Made by a program: the position numbers and the translations under genes. From the NCBI GenBank assembly GCA_051294375.1, contig CM119267.1, positions 22,135,486 to 22,199,485 of the forward strand: DNA of 64,000 nt, given 5' to 3'. This DNA is from Paraspadella gotoi (lineage: Eukaryota; Animalia; Chaetognatha). The notes under the pieces were generated by a model. That model ran no database searches and was not told the DNA's origin. It worked only from the letters and a program-made list of their open reading frames with translations. Shown here piece by piece: positions 40,801-51,641 of this stretch. Within the stretch, counting starts at the first letter, position 1, and every line of letters begins with the position of its first letter.

Positions 40801-41423
40801 TCGTCGCCGCCGCCGTCATCGTCAAGCAGGATGTAGTCATCGACGGAAGGGTCGGCGGCCTCTGCCTTCACCTCCACCGGCTCGTCGGAGGCTACGAGGG
40901 CGGAGTCATAACGCGAGGTTTTGGGCGAAGCGGCGAGGGTGGTCGCATCGGTCGAAGAGCGTTTTCGCGACGCTCGCTTCTCGCCAGTGGAGGATGAGGC
41001 GGGACCAAGAATGGAGGTGGTGGAGATTCCGGGGAAAGAGTATGCGTCGGAATGTCGCGTCGCGAGGTCGACGTCCGGCGCGGCCACGAGGTTTTGGACA
41101 AGGGAGGAAGGGGCGGACGGGTCGATGTCGTAACGCATCTCGTAACCGAGAGATTTGAGGGTTCCGTTGAGGTAAGCCTCGCATAGATGATCGCGGCCGG
41201 CGAATCGTCGACCCTCGGATGTTTCCAGAAGAATGAACAATTGGCCGTCTGTTAGGGGGAAAAAAAGGAGACGGAAAGAGATGAAGGAAACGAGAGACTC
41301 AGATGGAGATTTAAACTCACGTGTAAAACTTGCCAACTTCATCGTCAATTCGAAGATAAAATCCATCAAATTCGCATCCAATTTGGCCACCTGATCCACG
41401 AGATCCGAAACGTGGTTCGCCAT
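37517..41423 (-). CDS. Uncharacterised gene: constant exons (41423-41321, 41248-40728, probably 40657-40589) plus five paralogous alternative terminal exons
   Basis: ATG at 41423 with in-frame GT/AG junctions. Downstream lie five homologous ~125-130 codon exons, each starting AAG|GTC in phase 0, with no copy of the constant exons between them. Confidence 0.75.
38102..38491 (-). CDS. Alternative terminal exon D
   Basis: CAAG|GTC: VIIKFLEESPKAVAI...KILNSLLYDFAKHMSTYCP...KASVRSTMSTLFLKFIKKA*. Confidence 0.8.
   Translation of the reverse strand, partial: VIIKFLEESPKAVAIKTVHPTTFLEKTSCSLKILNSLLYDFAKHMSTYCPTNQNGQFLRREYFSYIFDKFWYSIDNLEKGDQLYNKNKSLYGHVFAKYGRFKASVRSTMSTLFLKFIKKAQKSLEPTNE
38785..39180 (-). 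CDS. Alternative terminal exon C
   Basis: CAAG|GTC: VILNFFQENLKAATIV...KLLNSLVYDYSKYMSGFCP...KPFVRSQMNTMFVRSLRRA*. Confidence 0.8.
   Translation of the reverse strand, partial: VILNFFQENLKAATIVESHPESFCNENSLNLKLLNSLVYDYSKYMSGFCPVKDREKSTSRHFFGYIFQEFWRRFPNLEKANKIKCNIRFGRYGNIKPFVRSQMNTMFVRSLRRAQKDNNSFTKKRFCNYNV
39301..39684 (-). CDS. Alternative terminal exon B
   Basis: CAAG|GTC: VVLNFLQQNPKAVALVQC...KILNSLVYDFARHMSGYCP...KPFVRSTMSTRFVGFIRK*. Confidence 0.8.
   Translation of the reverse strand, partial: VVLNFLQQNPKAVALVQCPPDSFLKQNSCNLKILNSLVYDFARHMSGYCPLDGDGRLGHREFFRATFDKFWERFPNLESSHQESRKAKIPNKTFGSKRTLKPFVRSTMSTRFVGFIRKMQFAKALRA
40158..40541 (-). CDS. Alternative terminal exon A
   Basis: AAAG|GTC: VILNFLRENSKAEALVQC...KILNSLLYDFARVMSEYCP...KPYARSTMSTMFVGFIRKA*. 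Confidence 0.8.
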   Translation of the reverse strand, partial: VILNFLRENSKAEALVQCAADSFLKKDSYAIKILNSLLYDFARVMSEYCPVDKNGRHCHRDFFRIIFDKFWSNFDNLELAHQESLKQNIDKLFGQKKFLKPYARSTMSTMFVGFIRKAKGRGERSDD

Positions 41424-41663
41424 TCTGCTATGGGCGTATTTTATATTTTTTTCTGATAGCGAAATAATCAAATATAATTATAAAACTTAAAATGATCGAA
41501 CAGAGTATCAAAATGAAAATTTTAGGTAAACTTGTAGTGGCGCTCGAATCGAATAATAATCATAATGCAAATTACATTGGGTGCAAATAAAAAATTCATT
41601 TGCTACCCTCGTTAATTAAGGGTCCAGTTTATTTTCTCCATAACCAAAATCACAGTCGTTAGT

Positions 41664-42797
41664 TCATTTGTATCTCAATTCTCCTCCTCGCAAGAACCTT
41701 CGCATACGTACGTTGACGGACGCGGGTTCATCCTGCTGCACAAAGTGCGACGCTCCCTCGACGAATTCTACGCTGCTGTTGCGGACGAGTTTACCCGTCT
41801 GTACGGCCACCTCTCGTTCAAGAAACGCATCCTCCGTTCCCCTAAATTATAAAGGGGGATCAAAATTATAACCACGCGATAGGTAATAGAAATTATGTAA
41901 AAATATTTAGCGAATATCTCACCAAATTATCAATGTTGGAACGTCAATGATTTTCTTCTCTTTCTTCATCCCAACATGAGAGTTGGCCCTATAGTAATTG
42001 ATGGGATGAGTGAATCCGTTCTTTTGAAAATTGTAAATGTAGGCCTCGATGTCTCGACTGGTGAAGACGCCGGGACGACGAATCCCAGACCTCGGATCGC
42101 TGTACAATTTTTTCAGAGATTCGAAATCGAAGGCGGACATGGTGAACTCGGGAAGGAAGGGGCAGTTGAAGAAAAAGATGTACCACGACTTGAAGAGTTG
42201 CGAGGGCTTTTGGAAGAAGAGCTCCATTAATCCTGCAGCCTGAGGTCCGTTGCAGTGGATCATTTTGTCCACAACGTCGGGATACTTTTCGGCCAGCTCC
42301 CAAACCACGGCGCTGCCCCAATCGTGGGCCACGATGGTGGCCGAGCCGTAGCCCAGAGCCGGGATCAGGCTCTTTAGATCTTCGACCAACTGCGACAGGT
42401 CGTAGTTGGCCAACCCATTCGGCTTGTCCGAATCGCCGTAACCGCGCTGATCGATGGCCACCACGCGGTAGTCGCGAGCGAACTCGCGCATCTGGTGGCG
42501 CCACGAGTACCAAAATTCGGGAAACCCGTGAACGAAAAGCATGAGCGGCGTATCGGTCGATCCGGCGGCGACGTAATGAATTCGGACGCCACGGTCGACC
42601 AGGTTGACGTAGTGATGTCCCCATTCGGACTCATCCGTCAAGACAGCGGGGGGGACGTCGCGGCGTGGTTTGGAAAAGGCGGCGATCGGGTGACGCAGGA
42701 TTTTTACCGTGATTTGTAAGAAGACGAGAAAGGAATAAACCATCGTCAAAAAGTATTTTCCGAAAGTCAAAGCTAAGATCCGCAGCGACATTATCAT
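41664..42797 (-). CDS. EPHX4: Epoxide hydrolase 3/4-like alpha/beta hydrolase, 2 exons
   Basis: HGFPEFWYSWRHQ, DQRGYG, nucleophile motif HDWG, KSWY, INYYRA, W/GTEDAFL and ASHFVQQD. Confidence 0.9.
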
Positions 42798-42878
42798 TGA
42801 TTTGGCCGTATGTTGAAACTTAACAGAACTGACCTGAAACAGAAAAATTAATAAAGCAACAGTTTCCTAATAAAATAA

Positions 42879-44539
42879 CTATAGAAGTCTTGAATCCGTC
42901 TCTCGCCACTTAACGACATAATGGTGCTTCTTGGCGACTGTCAACAACGTCCAACTGCAGGTGGACATGACAAAGTCACGAAACTCGCGGAACCGCGGGT
43001 CGGTGACCTTCTGAAAATTGAGTTTGACTGCCCCCTTGGCGATGAGTCTGTCTACCTTGGCGCCGGCCTTGTTTTCCACCCATCCTTCGTCGGCGTTGGG
43101 TCGGCGGGCCACGAGCGTCCGTTGACAATAATGGGTCGACATCACCAATTCCTTTAGATCGGCGACGCCGTCTAAGCGCGCCTCGACGACCCCGGCGCCA
43201 GGGAACGCCGATTCGATCTCCCGCTCGTCGAGAGAGTCAAGGGCGTCCAGGTTAGCTCCGAAGAGGGCTTCGGTGCAACGGAGGGCCGACTCCAAGCCCG
43301 ATTCGCCGTGGAGAAGCTTGACAACCTGAGAGCCGAGCGTCTTTTGCGCCGGTCGATCGGTCGTATCGAGGCGTTTCAGTTCGGCGATATCCGTCTCGGA
43401 GAGGAAGGTCAGGGAGAGAAGAAAGCGTTCGACCTCAGAGTCCCAAACGTTGTAGAAATATTGGTACATTGAGAAAGGAGAGGTCATATCTCGGCTCAGC
43501 CAAAGGGAATGACCGCCTGAGATATTTGTCAAAGATTTATTCATTTGAAAATTTAAACAAGACGTGATGTTTTGGTTTCACAGCTCATCACCCGAAGACT
43601 TTCCAATCTTCTGTCCCGTCATATCTGACGTCAAGATCGGAACAGTGACGCCGAAGAGCGAGTCGTCGTGCAGCTTGTTCACAAGGTGAAGCCCGCTTAG
43701 AATGTTGCCGGTTTGATCGTTACCGCCTAATTGAATCCGGCACCCGTATCGCTCATAGAGATGAAGCCAATCGTAGGATTGGAAAACTAAAAGACGGGGA
43801 CGAGAAATTCTAACAGAATTCTAACTAAAATCTTAAAAGTCCATTAAGAATATAAATTGTGACTTCATACGAACTTTGATAAACAAACTCCGTCAACGAC
43901 ATCCCATCGGTGCTCTCCATCCGGGTTTGGACGCTGCTTCTCCCCAGCAACGCGGCCATTCGAAAGTGACGCCCGTAATCGTGCATAAAGTCAACCAAAT
44001 TGACGTCGCCGTACCACTCCGAGTTGTCCAGTACGATGGCCGGTTTGAGATCAAAGTTTCCGCGCCAAAAGTATTCCTGGTGGTGTCGGAATATGGCGGC
44101 GATGGTCTCCTTGATCTTGGCGGCGTTTTCGAGGGCAACGGACTTCTCGAGGTGCTCTCGCTCTACAGTCCGGTGGGTGGGATCACCGATGAGGGCGGTG
44201 GAGCCGCCGACGAGCGCTATCGGTTGATGACCCAGCCTCTGAAGACGAATGAGGCCGATCAGAGCCAGGAGGTTTCCCACGTGTAGGCTGGGGGCGGTAG
44301 GGTCGAAACCGCAGTAGACGACCTGTTTCGTCGCGAATTAGCGCCATCGTTAACTAATCACTGTTTTCAACCGAGAAACAAAAGAAACTGACCTGAGGCG
44401 AACTTTGTAGCAAATCAGCGAATTCCTTAAAAGTGCCATTGGTCACGTTGAAGCCTCTAGGTTCAAGATTAAATGCGTTTGACAAAAATCTCGCGCTGTT
44501 TTTTGTGAAAAGTTTCAGTTTTAGAGGCCGAAGCCTCAT
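42879..44539 (-). CDS. YARS2: Mitochondrial tyrosyl-tRNA synthetase, 4 exons
   Basis: Basic transit-like N-terminus, VYCGFDPTAPSLHVGN (HIGH-like), FQSYDW, IQLGGNDQTGNI, KIGKS (KMSKS-like) and an S4-like C-terminus. Confidence 0.93.
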
Positions 44540-44765
44540 GATGGCTTTATTGCATTGGGAACAATACCTTAGCAATCGAAATAAAGGTCGCACAATATAG
44601 TATGTAAAAAAAATAAGAATTACAGAAATTATTAATTTCATTGACGCTAAAATAAAGAGTTGATTACGACAAATCTTCGCTTTTTTTTTTAAATTACAAA
44701 AGCATAGTCGGCGCAAAAAGTCAATAAGAAACCTAAATTTTGCCACTTAAAAAAAAATACGACGC

Positions 44766-47756
44766 TTAACCATCGTTAACGGCGACCTGAAAAAAGGAAG
44801 GTTCGTCCTTCAGGTCTTCAATTTCCTTCCCGAGCTCGTGAGCTGGCGGCCACTCTTCGATACTGATGACTTTCGGAAATTTGATCTTCTTCGGCCGCCC
44901 ACGAGGACGTTTACCGACGGGAAGATGACCAGTTTTTTTCTCTCCTTCCCCGCCATCGGAGACGCCGACGACCTCGTACCTTTCTATTCCCGACACGACT
45001 AAAGTGACCAACTCCTCAACGGCCTCGACGACGCCAGGGTCGGGACTCTTGGATTTTCTTCCGCGACCCTTGCCTTTTTTCGCTGGGCCTTTCCCCTTTT
45101 TGCTTTGTTGGGCTTTTCGCGCGGGAGCTTTTCCCTTTCCCAACGACCTTTCTCCGGTCGTAGAGCCAAAATCTTCGACGGTGACGATCAAGCCGACTTC
45201 GCCGCCGCTCGTCACGAGTCCCTCTTCCTCGGGGACGTCATCCGCGTTCTGAGCCCGAAATTCCGCGACCGCGCCCCTCTTTTTCGGTGTGGGGATTATT
45301 TCTTCTTCCGATTCATCGCCGTCCTCGTAATCCATGTAAGAACCGGTGCCGTAAAAGTTTTTTCCGCCGGCCTTGGCTTCCCTTTTCCGAGATTCGACCA
45401 ATAGCATGCGCTCCTTAACTGTGCGTTTCAATCCGTCTGAGGCCTCTTTAGAGCAAGGATCCATCGCGGCGGCGCTTCTGCGGCCCCTTTTAGCGACAGG
45501 GCCGCTCCCTCGTCGGCGGCGGGGACGCTTACTCATGGAAGCGACAAAGACAACGGAATCGTCATTTTCTTCCTCTTCTTCGACCTCAACCATGCCGTAG
45601 GGCGCGCGAGGAGAGAGAACGAGTACCTCTTTCCCGTCCTCTACCTCGATCTTGACCTCGGACGGCGACGGCTTCTTACGCCTCTCTGCGTACTTCCTCT
45701 CCATGTTGAAACGATGCGTGAGCACCTTCTCCGAACCCTTCGGAGGATTCCTCACTATGCCCAACGAAATGAACCCGAATTCCCCGCCCTTCATCCGAGT
45801 GGAAAGCTGCTCCTTTCTCTGCGCCTTGACCTGGCAAATGATGCGATCGAGGTTGCGGATGATCGACTGATTCAGCGTCACGTGTGAATTTCCCGACTTT
45901 TGAAGGAACGCAGGGTTGGAGCTCAGATCGAGAAAACTCTGTTCACGCTTGAAAGCGACCGGGGCCGCATCCTTGAGGCCCTTGAGCCTCTTTGCCTTTT
46001 TTCCGTCTTCGGTAAGAACCTTCGACGTCCCGGAGTTCGTCTTTGGGTCTTCCGTGGACAATTTAGCACCGACCCACGAAATGTCGTCGTCGTCGTCCTC
46101 CACAACCTCCTCTTCCATTTCTTCTTCCTCTTCTTCGACAACTTTTGAAGCATCATCGTCGGTTTCTTGGCAAACGTCGTAAATCCTGTTGCATAGGATT
46201 ACGTAATCCTGACCTAATTTGACGCTTGGCGTGTCGTTTCTCGGAGAGGGAGCCAAGATCACGCACTCTGTCTCCGTCGGACGAGACGGCTCTTCCCGCC
46301 TCTTTCTTGATCTCTCGCGGGGAAACCTTTTGGTCAACGTCGGGGGAGGTGGACACTCCATCATGTCGGCCTGTTGCTTTTTATCCAACGAGGGTTTGAG
46401 AGGACGAGGTGCCTCGGGCTTTGTAATGCGAGGCATGCCATGATGCGCCAATAGCGCCAAGTGCTCCGCCGACGCCTCCTCGCCCCGCCGATGGTCGTGG
46501 CTAGAATCCGTGATGGCCAACATAGGCTTCTGCCGCTCGGCCGAGGCGTGGTAGGCGTGATAAATCTGATTGATGTCCATGATTTCCGAGTACAAGGGCT
46601 CGTCCCTTGCATCCTGGAGAGCGGAAGGATCGATGTGCCTTACCAGGACCTGCATGGCTCCGAGGTTATAAAGATTCTGGAGTCGCCCTTTGGAGGAAAT
46701 AAGGCTCTCAGCATGGGAAGGTAGCGAAAATCCCCGGTCACGGACAAAGTTGATAAAGGACTGTGTGGGAAAATCCCCGCTCTGAGGCACAGGGCTGATT
46801 ACCTTTTGATACTCGTCAAAAGATGGAGGGTAGTTGGGGTTGTACTGACCGAGGCCAAAGCCGCCAACGTCGCCGAAATCCGCCGTTCGAGGAATGCAGA
46901 TCTTCGCGCGGTTCTCGTCGATGACATAGTCTATGAAGTCGTGAACGAGCGACTTAAAAGTCTCCTCATTTTCGACGACGGCGTTCCTGAGCGACGTTGG
47001 AAACAATGGTCGGGAAGCTTGCTTGTAAATTTCCAACTGCTTGCTGTTTTCCAAAGAACTAATCAACGGCTGGGCCATGTCAGCAGGGCCCTGGGAAGCG
47101 GAGCGAGGCTCTTCGAATGAAGTGATCAATCGAGGATCCAATATAGTCTTTTGAAAAGGCGGAGGCTGCGGCGGTTGCAGCGGCAAGAGGGGTTGCGGAG
47201 GCTTTACGGGTTCCGCTGGTTGGAGAGGCGAAGGAAGATCGCGTTCTGGCAATATTCGGACCGGTAACCGCAGGCCCGCCTGCTCCTCCTCTGGTTTGGC
47301 TAAGCTGCGCAAAGCCTGCTCCGCGCAGGGACTTGGCGCCGCTTGAAAAACAGGCGCTGGAGTGAACGCGGTCGAGGGTGCCCTCTTTGGAGTTTCGGAC
47401 GCGAACGTACAACGGGCCGCTTCCTCTGACTTGGCGATTGAGTCGGAGCAGGCGGCTTCGTCTCGATGATGCTGCTCGTCCGGGGCGAAAGAAAAATAAA
47501 GATCCGGAATGAAATCGATTTCGGCTTCGGTTCCGTTCGCACCGAGTTCGCCGTCCCCAGGGGGCGATGGCGAAACCGCGCTGGTTCGGTAAAGGGGGCT
47601 GCTCGGGACGGCGGCCGCGGAGACAGCGGAAGCGGCCGTGGCCGCTTCGTCGGATTCTCCATTGAGAGGGAAAATAAATCTGGAATCTGTGGAACCGGAA
47701 AAGGACTGCGCCTGATTAATATAACTGGAATCTGTAATGCCTTCGCTGGTGTCCAT
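44766..47756 (-). CDS. Uncharacterised 996-aa, largely low-complexity protein with a C-terminal AT-hook; intronless CDS
   Basis: Long ORF with exon-like composition and a TTTAG acceptor 2 nt before the ATG. Contains the KRPRGRPKK AT-hook, acidic tracts and basic NLS-like clusters. Confidence 0.8.
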   Translation of the reverse strand: MDTSEGITDSSYINQAQSFSGSTDSRFIFPLNGESDEAATAASAVSAAAVPSSPLYRTSAVSPSPPGDGELGANGTEAEIDFIPDLYFSFAPDEQHHRDEAACSDSIAKSEEAARCTFASETPKRAPSTAFTPAPVFQAAPSPCAEQALRSLAKPEEEQAGLRLPVRILPERDLPSPLQPAEPVKPPQPLLPLQPPQPPPFQKTILDPRLITSFEEPRSASQGPADMAQPLISSLENSKQLEIYKQASRPLFPTSLRNAVVENEETFKSLVHDFIDYVIDENRAKICIPRTADFGDVGGFGLGQYNPNYPPSFDEYQKVISPVPQSGDFPTQSFINFVRDRGFSLPSHAESLISSKGRLQNLYNLGAMQVLVRHIDPSALQDARDEPLYSEIMDINQIYHAYHASAERQKPMLAITDSSHDHRRGEEASAEHLALLAHHGMPRITKPEAPRPLKPSLDKKQQADMMECPPPPTLTKRFPRERSRKRREEPSRPTETECVILAPSPRNDTPSVKLGQDYVILCNRIYDVCQETDDDASKVVEEEEEEMEEEVVEDDDDDISWVGAKLSTEDPKTNSGTSKVLTEDGKKAKRLKGLKDAAPVAFKREQSFLDLSSNPAFLQKSGNSHVTLNQSIIRNLDRIICQVKAQRKEQLSTRMKGGEFGFISLGIVRNPPKGSEKVLTHRFNMERKYAERRKKPSPSEVKIEVEDGKEVLVLSPRAPYGMVEVEEEEENDDSVVFVASMSKRPRRRRGSGPVAKRGRRSAAAMDPCSKEASDGLKRTVKERMLLVESRKREAKAGGKNFYGTGSYMDYEDGDESEEEIIPTPKKRGAVAEFRAQNADDVPEEEGLVTSGGEVGLIVTVEDFGSTTGERSLGKGKAPARKAQQSKKGKGPAKKGKGRGRKSKSPDPGVVEAVEELVTLVVSGIERYEVVGVSDGGEGEKKTGHLPVGKRPRGRPKKIKFPKVISIEEWPPAHELGKEIEDLKDEPSFFQVAVNDG

Positions 47757-48609
47757 AGCTAAACGATATAAATAGTAAAGTAAATATTAATTTATTAATA
47801 CTCCATTGAAGAAAAAACAATTTATCAAGATAAGACATGTTTGTTTATCAATCGATAAATTTCTCTTTGTTAACTTAATTTAATACTTTAATTTTCTGTT
47901 GAATCATCGCCGAAATGTTCACCTTTGATTGTAAGATTTTAGCTGACTTTCTAACAGCTATAGTGACTTTAATGCAAACTTAAAAGTTATTATTTTTTCA
48001 AACCTTCGGGTTTTTTATTGAAACTTCTTTCTAATCAAGTTAAACTAATCATACTTATTGTAAGAGATGATTATTTAATAATAAGAAAGGTGCTTTTACA
48101 GCTATGCTCATTGAACTGCAATTTCCACCTCAGAATATCGTTGATCATTATCATTTGGCAAAATTAACAAACTACCCTATGGACCTGCAAGAATTATCTA
48201 AGAAAATTTTGGGCGAAAATTTGTGCGAGAGATCTCTACATTCTCCTAGAGAAAAAACGACTTTCTATTATTACAAAAAATCATTTGGTCATTCGTCACC
48301 AAGTTCTTTATGAGTTTGCGATCACAAATTTCAACTCTCAGGTCTGGTTCGAGTCCAATGAAAAACAAAAAAGTTCTGCTACAGCTCTAAAACAAGAGAA
48401 AGGAAGTGAGTCCGGAATGAAATCTCTATCACTCTAGTTTATATTATTATAATGAAAACCAATGAAATTTATTCTATCTATTCTCTTTATTTTGGTGTTT
48501 GCCCGCCTTTTGGCATCATGGGTTTCTCCAATTTTCTCTTTTATTATAAAAATTTATTTTTCTCCTTTCTGCCTGCCTTTTGGCACGATTGGCAGACAAG
48601 AATAAAACT

Positions 48610-48645
<36 letters not shown>

Positions 48646-50083
48646 CTTATATGCTATTACGTGGACGTAATTTTTCCCACGGTGTGCACGGAATTATTGT
48701 AAAGTTGTACATAATCACCCCAATCAATCTGCTCAAAATGGATTTCGGCATATTACTCTTTTTTGGAACCCCCACGTGCTTTGATGCGAAAATCATTTCC
48801 CCGGCCGCTTGTCCTGGTGCACTATTAGTGGTCTGGACGTCGTCAACTACAATGGCAAGTTCATAGCCTGCCAGCCTTCTCGGCACCATAGGTAAGCTAA
48901 CTTCACATTCGTTTAGAAGTAATTCCTCTTCGATGCTAATTGCAAGTTTAGTATTGTTATTCGCCTTCTCGATCTACTGCGTGGGAATCTTTGCCTAATC
49001 AATTCAAACTCTCTACGTGATTCTTGTTTTGAAATTTTATGAACTTTAGTTAAAACCTTGTGAAAAACGAGGACGTTTTGTTTTCTCGGTGGTTGTGACG
49101 CATGTATGAGATGATTATTTAATATGATCTTAAATGAGATTGATTGATTCAATCTCATTTGCATATTGCAGTATTGAATCTAAATGTGTCTAATTTCATT
49201 TTGGATTTTGGTATTAGTTCTGTTTCATGTTTTTCTAGTAGCTAAATATAGTCTTTAGCAATGTTAATGATTAACATGAGTCAAGTAATATTTTAACTAA
49301 TTAATTAATAATAATACTTTAACATTTTATTACTTAAAGATTTGACTTGCTCATATTTAGTGATTCCTTTATTTGTTCAGAAGTGAAACCATTATTCAGC
49401 TTTGGTTTTGGGGACGCACTCTCTTGTTAGAGTCCATTTCTCCTTATCAGAGCTCAATCAGCATAAGATTAACATCTTAACAGTTAATCACTAATAGTGC
49501 TAAATTGTGTTCAATAAGGTCTAAGACCAATATATATAGAGATAAATAAATAGTGTATAATTGTGTTTCCATTCTCTACTTCAGGCAAAGCTAACTAGCT
49601 ATACACATTAAAGACAGTTATATAGTAAGCGAGCATTCTTCACCGATGCCAAGTCAAGTCAACATATCATCAAGTAAGATATTATGAACACTGAACCTTT
49701 AATACCTAGTTATATGCCTATCTTATCACAGGCAAACATATATCTGGTACATAAACCCCCCTTATATTATCATTTAGCCAGTTAACTAAAAACAACAATT
49801 TCTTAAAACGAAAAATTACAGCTAGTCTAGTCTCGTCTACGTAGTTTCTTACCGTCCACAAATGCCGAGCGCGCTCATAGACAAGAAGCCTCTCGAACTT
49901 GAAGTGACAACGATATCTCGTCGTCAGGAAACTGTCAAAAACGACAAGGTAAAATAAAAATAGTTTCGTGTAATTCTAAACAATCTAATAGTAATAACGA
50001 GAAAATTTAAACATGGAGAGTGATTGCATGATTAAATTTAGACAATTGTTTTTTCTTTCATTCACACACAACTCTTTCCGCTT

Positions 50084-50989
50084 TCATCTCCTCTTCCCGC
50101 CTTTCTTTCCCTTTTTTCCGCCCCCACCGCCGGCGGCACCGCCCGGGTTTTCGCCGCCAGTAGCCGACCCGCTCGGGTTATGAGTTCGACTTTTTAATTT
50201 GGGAATGAGGTCGGCCACCATAAGCAGAACCGCGTCTCTGTCAACAAAAAACACATACACATGAATTTAAATAAATAAAGGAATTTATGTCTGTTTTTGC
50301 CCTTAACCTTTTAGGATACTCTGCGTTGAAAGGAGTTCCATCATCATTCTTCAGCTGATATCGGATCCTTCCTCTTGCGTTTCGGTCGCGATTCGGGTCA
50401 CGACTATACATTTTACTATTTTCTACGAAAACCTTGAAAGAAGCAAAATTAGAAATAGAACATAAACTGGAAAGTTCACGGTGTTGCCTTGCAGTGACTT
50501 TTTTCTGTGGATAACCCCGATAATCACTTGACTACACAAATATAAAACATATGCACAAGAAACCGATGGACAGTACTCGCGGCGCAACTAATTAAGAGTT
50601 GTGACGAAGAATAAAAGTTAATTATAGTTCAAAATGGCAAGAAGACCAAGAATTATTGTCATACCGGAAAGTTTTTGGCCTTTAAAACTTCGGCAATTTC
50701 CGAGTAATTGGGATTTTCGACGGCCTTCTCCTTTGGAACGCGCCGACCTTCCGCAACAGTTTTTTTCTTGTTGATGTAAGCGGGGAAAATGACGGACCAA
50801 CGTTCTACCTACGTTTGCACGCGTTACATAGCATGAATTAATAATGCAAGATGTATCATTTAGATAATTTTGTTAATTCGTAAGAATAAATATATTCACC
50901 TCAGAAAATTTTTTACTACCGTCGAAGGTTGACATATGCGTGCCGGGACAAGGTGGACCCCCGGCGTTTAGATTCGCTGCTGCAGCCAT
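50084..50989 (-). CDS. SRP19: Signal recognition particle 19 kDa protein, 4 exons
   Basis: Not in the ORF track. Spliced product reads ...ERWSVIFPAYINKKKTVAEGRRVPKEKAVENP...KMYSRDPNRD..ARGRIRYQLKNDDG...IPKLKSR...GKKGKKGGKRR*. Confidence 0.95.
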
Positions 50990-51641
50990 TTTTTTCTAGG
51001 TAGACAATTAATTAGTAAGTAGATAAAATTTAAAAAAAAACTGTTGTATTATTGTAACCGAAGACGAATCATAAAACACTTATGATGTAGTGTTTAAAAT
51101 ACATCAAAGACGAATAAAAAAATAAGTAAAACATTTAAAACGAAACTTCCCAACAAAAATTTGTAAAAAAAGATTTACACCATAAATAACAACTAATCTT
51201 CAATTCTTCATATGCTTAATTCCTATGGTAAGAATGTAATGGGAATGCAAGTAGGTATGGAACGTTAAAATCTAATAATCTAGCACCGACTTTGCGGCAC
51301 AATTTACAACAAAAAAGAGGTATATGTAGGCTAATAAATTTGAAAACGATCATAAATAATACTGAAGACAGAAAACTGACTCGAAAGTTATCAAAATTTG
51401 CCTAAACAAGCGGGGCATGTTACAAAAGCGCGATAAAACCTAAGAAAATACCACGTCGATCGTAGAAACTTTATTTGGTAAAATCTTTGGGGTTTTCCGA
51501 TAAACACAAATTTATTACTATATATTGGTCTAAACAACAAATGGGTAATCATTACAACTACGTCGAGAAAGAGTTGCAAAATTAATACGATAAACACGGA
51601 GTTTTTTTTTAGGCGGGTGACTCCCTCCACGAGCTCAGCCT

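Noticed and set aside
48104-49164. Short ORFs between the 996-aa gene and SRP19
   Set aside because: They are AT-rich with no recognisable motifs or consistent splice chain, and are probably intronic or decayed repeat sequence.
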